64,000 nt of DNA from an uncultured Planctomycetaceae bacterium (lineage in GTDB: Bacteria > Planctomycetota > Planctomycetia > Isosphaerales > Isosphaeraceae), in assembly GCA_963833985.1 (NCBI GenBank), contig CAWIAD010000002.1, positions 5,888,001-5,952,000 of the forward strand, given 5' to 3'. Positions 17,751 through 27,049 of the stretch are shown piece by piece; position 1 is the first letter of the stretch, and every line of letters starts with the position of its first letter. The notes under the pieces are model-generated. The model made no database searches and was not told the origin of the DNA. It saw only the letters and a program-made list of their open reading frames with translations. The translations under genes were made by a program, and so were the position numbers.

Positions 17751-20533
17751 GCAAATTGCTCCTTGTTCTCCGAAGGCGACGAACCCTCAAGCGCCACGAG
17801 CGACCGGTAGGCAGGTCCGAATGCACCTGGGAGCTCGGCGTCCTCGGGATCCGGAGCGGACCGGGAGCGGTTGCCAGGGTCGGCAGCGGGCCCGGAGTCA
17901 GCGCGCGCCGTCGCACGCTCCGATCGGGGCTGCGTCTTTTCCGGGCATTCGATCATGTTCATCCGGTGCGCCTGGTCGCGGAACAGGGCGATCACGCGGG
18001 TGGCCGCGGCCAGGCCACGCGCCCAGGCCCGGATGCCCAGGCCCAACGCCAGTGCCCCGGCACTTGCCGCCACCCGGGGATATGGCGAGGCAACGGCCCC
18101 AAGCGCGAGCAGGCTGACCGCACCGATGACCTTGAGCCTGGCTGTCGGGCCCAGCTGATATCGGATCCGGATCAGCCGCCTGCCGAGCCCATGCTCCTCC
18201 TGGGCGGTCACGACTTTCAACATCAGCCCCGAAACGCAGTAGACGGCCATGTCCCACTCGAACCAGCCGGTGTCCAGGATCTTGCCCCAGCGGTGTTCGT
18301 CCAGAAACGCCACAGCCCGTCTCAGAACATCGGTTCGATCGGCACCCGACTCAGACCAGAAGGCTGCCGACCGATAGCCGGTCCATGACAACCGCTCCCG
18401 ACCGACGTCAGATGGAGACGGACCTGGCCCGGGTGCGCGCTGCGAACTGAGGTGGGTCCGGTAGCGCGTCCAGGAACGCACAAGCGGCTGCACATAACAG
18501 AGCGCAGCGATCAGCAGCCGGGCACGCCAGCGCCGGTGGGCGGGCACGAAGCGGGTCTGTGCCGCTTGCAAGGCGGCAACCAGAAGCGACAGTCCCAGCA
18601 TCCCCGCACCAGGGACCCACCCGAGGGGAAAGAGGAGCGGACCGGTGAGCCCGATCAGGACGGCGGCCACCTGCCATTCGAGTGTGCTGGGCAACATCGC
18701 CCAGTGGGCGGAGCCCGGCTGGTACAGGCACTGGAACATCCCGGTCCCGAACGTGCCGCGATAGATGATCGGCACGGCGACCTGGAGGCCCTGCGCCGAA
18801 CCACCGTACATCACCCCGCCCCACTTTCCATCGCCGCGGCCGTTGAACTTGTCGGGGTGTTTGAAGTGAAGTAACGCCTCGGCTTCGCCATAGCCGGCCT
18901 GCTGCCGGAGGTACGCGATCGCGTTCTGCCTGCGGTGGTGCCAGACAAACGCGCCCGGGGCGAAGGTGATCGTGAACCCTTCGTGCTGGAGTCGCCAGCA
19001 GATATCCACATCGTCGCCGGCCTTACGGAACTGGGGATCGAAGCCGTTGATCGCCTCCAGCGCGTCACGGCGAAAGGCCATATTGCAGCCGGGGATGTGC
19101 TCCGCAACCTGGTCGGCCATCAAGACGTGCGTCGGCTGACCGGGTGACGCGGCGACGCAGCCGGCCAGCCAGCCATCCTGGGGCGTCAGGTTCGGCCCCC
19201 CCACCGCGGCCGCCCCGCTCCCGATAAGCTGGTGAATCAAATGGATCAGCCAGTTCGGGTCCGCCACGCAGTCGGAGTCCGTGTAGGCGATCACGGAACC
19301 CGTGGCGCACCGGAGCCCGGCGTTTCGCGCCACACTCAAGCCTTGATGGGGCTGATGAATGGCGACCACAACCTCCGGGTATCGCTCCAGGATCTCCCGG
19401 GTATCATCGGTCGAGCCGTCGTCCACGACGATGACCTCGTAGTCCGGATAATCAAGGGCACCGAGCGATCGGAGGCACTCGTCGAGCGTCGCCCCTCCAT
19501 TGTGCGAGCACACGACCACCGATACCCGCGGTGTCTCCGCCAGGAGGCGGGGGAAGGACGCCTTGAAAACCTTCTGCACGGCGTGGTAGGAGACCTTGGG
19601 GGTCCGATCGGCGCGGGTGATTCCGAAGGCCCAGTCCTCGACCGGGAAGCCGCCGGTGTGCCAGTCGTCCGTCCAGGAGAAGACATAAGCACCCGCAAGG
19701 CCCATCAGCTCGGACTCGCGCAGGTGGCCCGCGAGCATGCGGGCCTGCGCTGCCTCGCCATGGCGGAGCGTGTCCAGACCGAGCTCTCCCAGGACCAGCG
19801 GGCGGTCGCCCACCAGGTTCTGCAGGCGGAAGACATAGTCGCGGAACGCTGCGTGGTCGTGAAGATAGACGTTGAATGTCACGAAATCGAGGAACGGCAG
19901 ATCCAGATACTCCGTCGGTGGATAACTGGCGTAGGTCACAAGGCCGTCGGGGGCGGCCTGCTTGACCGTGTCCCGCAGCTCTTCGAGAAATCGGGCGACG
20001 CGGCGCGTGCCATGCCACCGGACGATATCTGTCGGGATCTCATTGCCGATGTTGTAGGCGAGGACGCTCGGGTGTAGTCGACCGGCTTCGGCCGCAAGTC
20101 GCACCTCGCTGCGGGCATCCGCCTGGGCTCGGCCACTCTGGAGGAAGCAGATGTGAGTCGGCCACGGGATGTCCATCAGAATGGAGATCCCGCTTTCGTC
20201 CGCCAGATCGAGTAACCACTCCGGCGGCACATGATACACGCGGATCGAATTGGCGCCGAGTGCACGCAGGCTCGCCATGTCATCACAGAACCGCTTCCGC
20301 GTCGGGAACGGCCGGCCTTCCCGGTCGGGAGCGAACGGACCATATGTCACGCCGCGGAGACTCAGTCGCCTCCCGTTCCGGGCGAACGTCTTGCCGTGGA
20401 CGCGAACACGACCATCGACGACGTGGGATGCCGCGTCGTTCGACGATCTGGCGACGACGTTGACGTCCTCACCGGTTCGGATGGCCATGCGTTGGACCCG
20501 TCTCAAGAAGGAGAACCGACGTGCCACGATCAT
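17747..20533 (-). CDS. Fusion of a clan GH-A TIM-barrel glycoside hydrolase domain, a GT2 domain and TM helices
   Basis: GH part: GANSIRVY, NIGNEIP and LVLGELGLD. GT2 part: VSVVVCSHN, VIVVDDGS, AYTDSDC, GCNMAFRR and GDDVDICWR. The C-terminus is hydrophobic. Confidence 0.85.
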   Translation of the reverse strand: MIVARRFSFLRRVQRMAIRTGEDVNVVARSSNDAASHVVDGRVRVHGKTFARNGRRLSLRGVTYGPFAPDREGRPFPTRKRFCDDMASLRALGANSIRVYHVPPEWLLDLADESGISILMDIPWPTHICFLQSGRAQADARSEVRLAAEAGRLHPSVLAYNIGNEIPTDIVRWHGTRRVARFLEELRDTVKQAAPDGLVTYASYPPTEYLDLPFLDFVTFNVYLHDHAAFRDYVFRLQNLVGDRPLVLGELGLDTLRHGEAAQARMLAGHLRESELMGLAGAYVFSWTDDWHTGGFPVEDWAFGITRADRTPKVSYHAVQKVFKASFPRLLAETPRVSVVVCSHNGGATLDECLRSLGALDYPDYEVIVVDDGSTDDTREILERYPEVVVAIHQPHQGLSVARNAGLRCATGSVIAYTDSDCVADPNWLIHLIHQLIGSGAAAVGGPNLTPQDGWLAGCVAASPGQPTHVLMADQVAEHIPGCNMAFRRDALEAINGFDPQFRKAGDDVDICWRLQHEGFTITFAPGAFVWHHRRQNAIAYLRQQAGYGEAEALLHFKHPDKFNGRGDGKWGGVMYGGSAQGLQVAVPIIYRGTFGTGMFQCLYQPGSAHWAMLPSTLEWQVAAVLIGLTGPLLFPLGWVPGAGMLGLSLLVAALQAAQTRFVPAHRRWRARLLIAALCYVQPLVRSWTRYRTHLSSQRAPGPGPSPSDVGRERLSWTGYRSAAFWSESGADRTDVLRRAVAFLDEHRWGKILDTGWFEWDMAVYCVSGLMLKVVTAQEEHGLGRRLIRIRYQLGPTARLKVIGAVSLLALGAVASPYPRVAASAGALALGLGIRAWARGLAAATRVIALFRDQAHRMNMIECPEKTQPRSERATARADSGPAADPGNRSRSAPDPEDAELPGAFGPAYRSLVALEGSSPSENKEQFA

Positions 20534-21008
20534 CCCAGCTCAAAGCAACGACATATCGAGGTCATCGAGCTCGAACGATCAGCGACGGAGTGCTCAAATG
20601 CGTTTCTTGACATAACGCTATTCTATTACCATGGCCAGGACGTGCTCGAAAGCGGAACGTTCGAATCGAGCCGCTTTCAACATGTCCTCATGAGCCCTTA
20701 TCGACAATTCTGACCGCACTTTGCGGAGGCGGGCCAGAGGCGGCGCTGGCCGTGAGCCGGCAAGCGGCTCCGGGAAACGGGCATCGTGATCAGAACCGTT
20801 CGCCCGCCGGTCTCGGGGCCGCGGCCGGGGCCCACACATCCGACCGAGGGCGAGTGCCGAAGGCAGGCCATGCATCAGAGATCCTTCTCGGTGTGCCTGC
20901 CAGGGTCGATCAAGTTTGAATGGTCCGCCCAGGGAGTGTACCGTCCGGTCGAGATGCCGGCCTGACCTGGGTTGTCCCGGGGCCAAACCGGCTCTCCGTT
21001 GCGGCACA

Positions 21009-22859
21009 TCACACCGTTTCCGAGATGATACCGGCCCTGTTGAAGAGCAACGCGACCGGACCGATCGGCTGACCGCCGATGATGAGCCGGTAGGTCCTGT
21101 GCGGGTTGAGATGAAAGTTCGGGAAGATGCTGACGATGTTCGTGGCGGGGTCAAAATTCACCCGGTGGAAGCGGATCTTCACCACTCTCCCCGCGCGATT
21201 GGGAGCCGTCGTCAGCAGATAGTTGCCCGGGCGAGCGGCCGCGCTCGCATCAGTGCTACTGGCGAGGGCGAGGACGATCGCTTCTGCATGTCGGTTCCGG
21301 TAACCGGTCGGCACGCTTGGCGAGATCACCGAAGTGTACCCGGGGGCGATCGAGGCGAAGGGTTCGACCGTCACGGTCGTCGTGCCCGTGCCGGCCGCCA
21401 CCATGCGAACCGAGCCGCCACCGCTCACGCTTGAACTGGGGCCGTACGTGTCGGCGATGAACAGGTTCCCCGTGGCGTCCACCGCCACGGACCGAGGACT
21501 GGATAACCCCGCTGCCGTCGCCGGCCCGTTATCGCCGGTCGACCCGAAGGTGCCGGTGCCAGCAACGGTGGTGATGACTCCCGTTGTCAGGTTGACCGTT
21601 CGGATGGAGTTGTTATCGCGATCGGCGATGTAAAGGATATTCCCCGCGCTATTCAGCGCCAGCCCCCACGGGGTGGCCAGCTCCGCCGACTTGGCCGGGC
21701 CGTTGTCGCCGGTATAACCGATCGTACCGGTTCCCGCGATCGTGGTGATAACTTGCGTGCTGGCTGTCACCTCGCGGATGACCTCGTTGTCGCTGTCGGC
21801 GATGAAGAGATTCCCGGAGCTGTCGACTGCCACGCCGGAGGGGTCGAACAGCGTGGCTGACGTGGCCGGCCCGCCATCGCCGGTGTAGCCCGCCGTGCCG
21901 GTTCCCGCGACCGTGGTGATGATGCCGGTCGTCAGGTTCACCTCCCGCACCACGTTGTTGAACGTGTCGGCGATGTACAGCGACTGCCCGTTCGGGCCGA
22001 CCGCCACGGCTGTGGGGGATGCGAGCGCGGCGGACGTGGCCGCGATGTTGCTGCCGCCGTTGCCATACGTGCCGGTGCCCGCAACGGTGCTGACCTGGCC
22101 CGTCGCCAGGTTCAGCTCTCGGATGGTGTTGTTGTCGCGGTCGGCGATGAAAAGCGCATTCAACTGAGTGTCGACCGCCAGTCCGCGAGGGGAGAAGAAC
22201 TCGGAGCTCAGGGCCGGGCCATCGACATTGCCGGCGGTGCCGTTACCAGCGATGACGCTGATGAGACCCGTACTGGGGCTGACCGCGTCAATCTCGTTGT
22301 TGAACGTATCGCTGATGTAGACGGTTCCATCCGGGCCTACCCCAACGCCGAAGGGATTGGCTAGCTCGGCGGATGCCGGCGCCACACCGGAGGGCGTGAC
22401 CGTGTTTCCATAGGTGCCGTTGCCCGCCACGTTGAAGATGTAGCCGGCGGATGTCGTGCTCGTGCTGCCGCCGAACGTCGAGGTGCCGCCATAGGTCGCC
22501 GTTACCGAGTACGTCCCGGCCGGCAATACGGTCGACAGCGTCGCCGTGCCATTGGACAGGGTCGCACTGCCGAGCAGGTTGAACCCGTTCTCGAACACCA
22601 CCGTCCCACCGGTTGGAACGATGTTGATGCCAGGTGGATTGGACTGGACCGTGGCTGTGAGGACCTCCGCCTGGCCGTGAACCAGATTGCTCGCAGACGC
22701 GGAGACTGAGGTCAAGGTTGGGGTGGTCAGCAACTGCCGCTCTTCCAGCTGCATCAGAGTCTGGTCCAGGCAACTTCGATGGCGGTCCCTCGCGCGCTGG
22801 CGACTCGGAGAGCGACGCGATCTGGAAGTGAACCAACTCGGCGAGGGCATGAAACGCAT
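21009..22859 (-). CDS. Extracellular protein with an Ig-like domain and NHL-repeat beta-propeller
   Basis: N-terminal LEERQLL motif, an Ig-like segment (GTATLSTVLPAGTYSVTATYGG) and about six repeats of P.G.AV...LYIAD..NN.IR...TG.ITTVAGTGT.G. Confidence 0.85.
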   Translation of the reverse strand: MRFMPSPSWFTSRSRRSPSRQRARDRHRSCLDQTLMQLEERQLLTTPTLTSVSASASNLVHGQAEVLTATVQSNPPGINIVPTGGTVVFENGFNLLGSATLSNGTATLSTVLPAGTYSVTATYGGTSTFGGSTSTTSAGYIFNVAGNGTYGNTVTPSGVAPASAELANPFGVGVGPDGTVYISDTFNNEIDAVSPSTGLISVIAGNGTAGNVDGPALSSEFFSPRGLAVDTQLNALFIADRDNNTIRELNLATGQVSTVAGTGTYGNGGSNIAATSAALASPTAVAVGPNGQSLYIADTFNNVVREVNLTTGIITTVAGTGTAGYTGDGGPATSATLFDPSGVAVDSSGNLFIADSDNEVIREVTASTQVITTIAGTGTIGYTGDNGPAKSAELATPWGLALNSAGNILYIADRDNNSIRTVNLTTGVITTVAGTGTFGSTGDNGPATAAGLSSPRSVAVDATGNLFIADTYGPSSSVSGGGSVRMVAAGTGTTTVTVEPFASIAPGYTSVISPSVPTGYRNRHAEAIVLALASSTDASAAARPGNYLLTTAPNRAGRVVKIRFHRVNFDPATNIVSIFPNFHLNPHRTYRLIIGGQPIGPVALLFNRAGIISETV

Positions 22860-23750
22860 GGTCAGGATTCTCCTTGGGAAAGGGCCTCACGGCAACGACG
22901 ATGGGTGAAGGATCCGATCTGCGAGACGGTGGGACTGACCCCGGCGAGGATCGACACAGGGCAGACCCAGCGATCGGGCATGGTTCGTGTCACCCGCGAT
23001 CAAAAAGTTGACCATTGACCGGTAGACTTGCAACTCAGCAGGCGACAGGAAGAGATATGTTCTGCAGCAATTAACATTTGGTATCTAATGTACATAATTA
23101 ACGAGATAGGCATATTTGAGTCTAAGAATTGTGTGAAACATAAGTCAAACCCACCATGTTCATGTGGTTCCTAAAAGCTCGAATGATTCCCAGTTTCGCC
23201 GACCTTGAACTTTCAAAGGCTCATTACCGTATGTGTAATAGTCCTACGCTGAGTTATCAGGTTAGGTCAAGTAGGTAATCCAGGAGATTTAGCCTTTTTC
23301 ACAAACCTTGCGTGCTGGATAAACTGCAATACCCGTTGTATTCGGCCCATCGATGGCTCTCGGGGGCGCGGGCAACCAGGTCCCTACAGGCGACGGCCAC
23401 GCCTCGCCAGGGTTCTTCGGTGAGGCAGTGGATGAACGTATGAGCCTACCAATCGGCACCATCACGCAGCAGCGATCGCCGCGGGCTCGGCCTCGAGCCG
23501 CGATCTTACTTCGCTGCGGGCTTCAATTTCGCAAGGTGCGCCACGTGTTCGTCGAGGCTCGCCAGCCCCGTGAAGTCGTGGCAGTTCATCTCGTAGGTAC
23601 GCACGGCTGGCTTCCTCTCGAGAGGCGGATCGTCAGCATCCGGAATTACCGGGTGGCCGCGTGGGGTGGGCAGGCCGGTGGTGTCTGCCAGGGCTGTGAC
23701 ATCGTCGCCGCGCGTGCAGTCTCGAACCGGTGCCGAGAGTCGGGCCGAAC

Positions 23751-24047
23751 TGTGCGTGAGCAGGCTAACCGACGCGAAATCAGCGATTCCTGCGCAACTT
23801 CGCTGAGGGTACCAAGAAAAATCCCCTCGAAGAGCCTGATCACTTGATCAAACGCCCCGAGGGGTGTACTCCGTGGTTTACCACAACGGCGGAGTACTCG
23901 ACCATGTATCATGAATTGCCTCGAGCTGCCAGCTTCTGGTCGTTCCTTTGGGCTGTCGACCAAGATCTCGCAGAGGAGACCCGCAAGCAAGCATGTCCAT
24001 GTGGCGGCCGCCTCCACGCCGCCAATTACCTCCGCAAGCTACGAGCA
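23751..24047 (+). mobile_element. End of a TGT-terminated transposon plus 5' fragment of its Cys-rich gene, cut by IS21
   Basis: Begins TGTGCGTGAGCAGGCTAA and is highly similar to the reverse complement of about 26475-26770. Encodes MYHELP...CPCGGRLHAANYLRK. Confidence 0.75.
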
Positions 24048-24124
24048 TGTCAGGCGACACTAAAACTGACCCCCCTGACGACACTAAAACTGACCCCCTC
24101 CTATACACATGACGAGGAGGGGCT

Positions 24125-25463
24125 ATGGACAAGTTGGGATCCGATTTGGTCAACCTGCACAGTATGCAGGCGGACCAATCGGACGGAACGAGTGTCCACC
24201 TGCGGGCCACGCAGGAGGACAACAGGATGCTGGAACCGGAACTCGTGGATCGGATCCACGAACTGTCCGGCCAAGGTTTCGGGAGCAAACGGATTGCTCG
24301 TGAGTTGGGGATCTCCCGTAACTCGGTCCGCCGTTATCTCGCTGGAGCCACGGTCGGCTTTCAAGAACGTCCCGCGGCGCGTCGTCTCGACGACGGCACG
24401 CTTCGCGAAGTGCACGATCTCTACGGTACTCTTGCCGAGGGAAACGCCGTCGTCATTCAACAGGAGCTGGCCAGTCGGGGCATCCACGTCGAGTTGCGAA
24501 CCTTGCAACGAGCCGTCGTTCCTCTGAGACAGGAACAGCGCCGAGGCTCTGGCCACAGTCCGGTTCGAGACCCCGCCGGGTCAACAAATGCAAATCGATT
24601 TTGGTGAGAAGACCGTGCGGATCGCAGGTCAGCCCGTGAAGGTGCACTTGATGACCGCGGTCCTGGGGTACTCGCGCCGGATCTATTGCCGGGCATTTCT
24701 CGCCGAACGGCAGGATGATTGGCTCGAGGGAATCGACGGGGCATTCCGACATTTTGGCGGTCTCACAGAACAGATCCTCTGTGACAACGCGTCACCCTTG
24801 GTCGTCTCCCACGACCGCCAGTCCGGTGAGGTCGTGTGGAATCCAGGCTTCGAGGCCTTCTGCCGCGATCGTGGAGTTCTTGCCAAGGCGTGCCGTCCCC
24901 GCCGTGCGCGAACCAAAGGCAAGATCGAACGGGGCGTCGGCTACGTCAAGCATAATGCCCTGGCCGGTCGTTCATTCGTTTCCTTCGCTGAGCTGGAACG
25001 ACACCTGGCAAGGTGGCAGGTTGACGTCGCCGACCAGCGGATTCATGGCACCACCAAGGAGCGTCCGGCTGTGCGCTTCGAGCGCGATGAACGAGAGGCT
25101 CTGGGGCCTCTGCCCACACGCCCTTTGCCGACGCGGACTCGTCGGTTGAAGCGTCGCGTGAGCACAGATTGCTTCGTTGATATCGATACAATTCGATATA
25201 GCGTGCCCTATCAGCATGTTCGAGAGACCGTCGAAGTGGTCGTCAAGGAGGAAGACGTCGAGATCTGGTTGCGTGGGACCTGCATCGCCAAACACATGCG
25301 GAGCCGCGAGCCCCGCGCCTGGGTTCGCAATCCGATGCACTTCGAGGGACTGTTCCGCCGCATGAGCGGAGCACAGGCTTTGCCTCCTCCCACGCCGAGC
25401 GATAACTCCGGAACCCGCCCGTTGTCAATCTATGCCGAACTGGTGGAAGGAGGCCGCCTGTGA
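24125..25463 (+). CDS. istA: IS21 transposase IstA, frameshifted near 24540
   Basis: HTH IARELGISRNSVRRYL, then VRFETPPGQQMQIDFG, ILCDN and RARTKGKIERGVGYVK in the next frame. Confidence 0.9.
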
Positions 25464-26166
25464 ACCTCCTTGTTGACCCTGATGACCCGCAAGAGGAGCG
25501 GATCCTCGCGGCGCTGAAGCGGCTCCAGTTGACTCACCTGCGTGAGTCTCTCCCCGCAGTTCTGTCCGAGGCGGCCAAGGGGAGCTGGACCTACCTGGAG
25601 TTCCTCGATCAGATCCTGCGGCGCGAGATGGACGCCAAGCAGGGCAAGCGGATCCGGATGGGGATGCAGATCGCCCACTTCCCCTGTGTCCGGACCATCG
25701 AGGCGTTTGATTTCGCGTTCCAACCGTCCGTCGACGAGCGGTTGATCCGGGAGCTGTCGACCGGCAATTTCATCGCTCATGGTGAGAACGTGTTGATATT
25801 CGGACCTCCTGGAGGTTGATCATCGACGAACTGGGCTACCTGCCCTTCGAGCGTCGGGCAGCGCACCTGTTCTTCCAGTTGGTCAACCGCCGATACGAGA
25901 AAGGGAGCCTGCTGGTCACGACGAACCAGCGGGTTTCCGAATGGGGAATCGTCTTCGGAGACGAAGTGCTGGCGACGGCAATCTTGGATCGGTTACTCCA
26001 TCACAGCCACACACTTTTGATCACGGGAGAAAGTTATCGTCTGCGGGAGAAGCGTAAGAGCGGATTGATCCGATCGCGGTTGGCGAACGCCGACCCGGAG
26101 AAGCCCCACCTGGGGCCGGAGGTGACGATCGAAAAGAGACACGAGAAGGCCAGCAAGAACCGATAA
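25460..26166 (+). pseudogene. istB: IstB ATPase with an internal deletion and frame change
   Basis: ENVLIFGPPG is followed directly by IIDELGYLP in another frame; the GKT of Walker A and the intervening helices are missing. Confidence 0.85.
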
Positions 26167-26233
26167 CAAGGGAGCATGCTGGAAGTGGGGATCAGTACAC
26201 GTCCGAGGGGGTCAGAATTAGTGTCGCCTGACA

Positions 26234-26770
26234 CCAGAAGACCTGCCAGCGGGCGATGGTCCGGCGGTCGGCGCCGAAGCGTGTGGAAAGCTCGCGGACG
26301 CGGCGTGGCGAGGGTCCCTGCCGCATGGCGCTGATGAGGATCACGATCGCGCCCAGGTAGACCTTGCGGCCCAGGAAGCGCACCGACGGCGGTGTGACTC
26401 TCTTCCTGCAGCCCTCGCGATCGCAGCAGAAGCTCAGTCTGAGGCATTCTTGCTCGGGTAGCTGGACGGCAGTGCCGCGTGGCTTGCGGAGATAGTTGGC
26501 GGCGTGCAGGCGGCCGCCACATGAACATGCTTGCTTGCGGGTTTCCTCTGCGAGATGCTGGTCGACAGCCCAAAGAAACGACCAGAGCCTGGCGGTCCGG
26601 GGTAAATCATGATACATGGTCGAGTACTCCGCTGTTGTGGTAAACCACGGAGTACACCCCTCGGGAAGCTTGATCAAGTGACCAGGCTCTTCGAGGGGAA
26701 TTTTGTTGGTACCCTCAGCGATGTTGCTCAGGAATCGCTGATTTCGCGTCGCTTAGCCTGCTCACGCACA
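26234..26770 (-). mobile_element. Second, inverted copy of the same transposon end with a longer truncated Cys-rich gene
   Basis: Minus strand begins TGTGCGTGAGCAGGCTAA. Encodes MYHDLP...CSCGGRLH...SFCCDREGCRKRVTPPSVRFLGRKVY and is cut by the right end of IS21. Confidence 0.75.
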
Positions 26771-27049
26771 GCAGTGATTTGAGGGCTCACTGCCCCAGCA
26801 AGTCACACCCAACACGCTAATCGTGATCGTCGGACACACAAGAACAAAAATTGGACGGCGGTCAGCGGCACAGGGGAGGCAGGAATCCTTGCCGCCGTCC
26901 GTTTACAGCGATGGATTGAGCGGGGACGATGAGGTCGGGTCTGCTTCAGACTTGAAATCACAAGATTTCCAGAATTGTTTATAGGCAATCGTACCCAGGG
27001 GGTAGGTGGGTTAAAGACCACCGTCGTTGTCTTCTTGCTTATGTTCGAC

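Larger units (their letters stand above)
24048..26233 (+). mobile_element. IS21-family insertion sequence, defective
   Basis: Terminal inverted repeats TGTCAGGCGACACTAA..CTGACCCCC with internally reiterated motifs, enclosing istA and istB. Confidence 0.95.

Noticed and set aside
20534..21008. Intergenic region with GC hairpins upstream of the glycan operon
   Set aside because: No recognisable riboswitch or ops motif; hairpins are expected at this GC content.
21400..22450. Periodic DNA similarity
   Set aside because: Explained by NHL protein repeats.
24048..24110. Tandem repeat gacactaaaactgaccccc suggesting a CRISPR or iteron array
   Set aside because: These are the reiterated transposase-binding motifs of the IS21 end; there are no spacers or cas genes.
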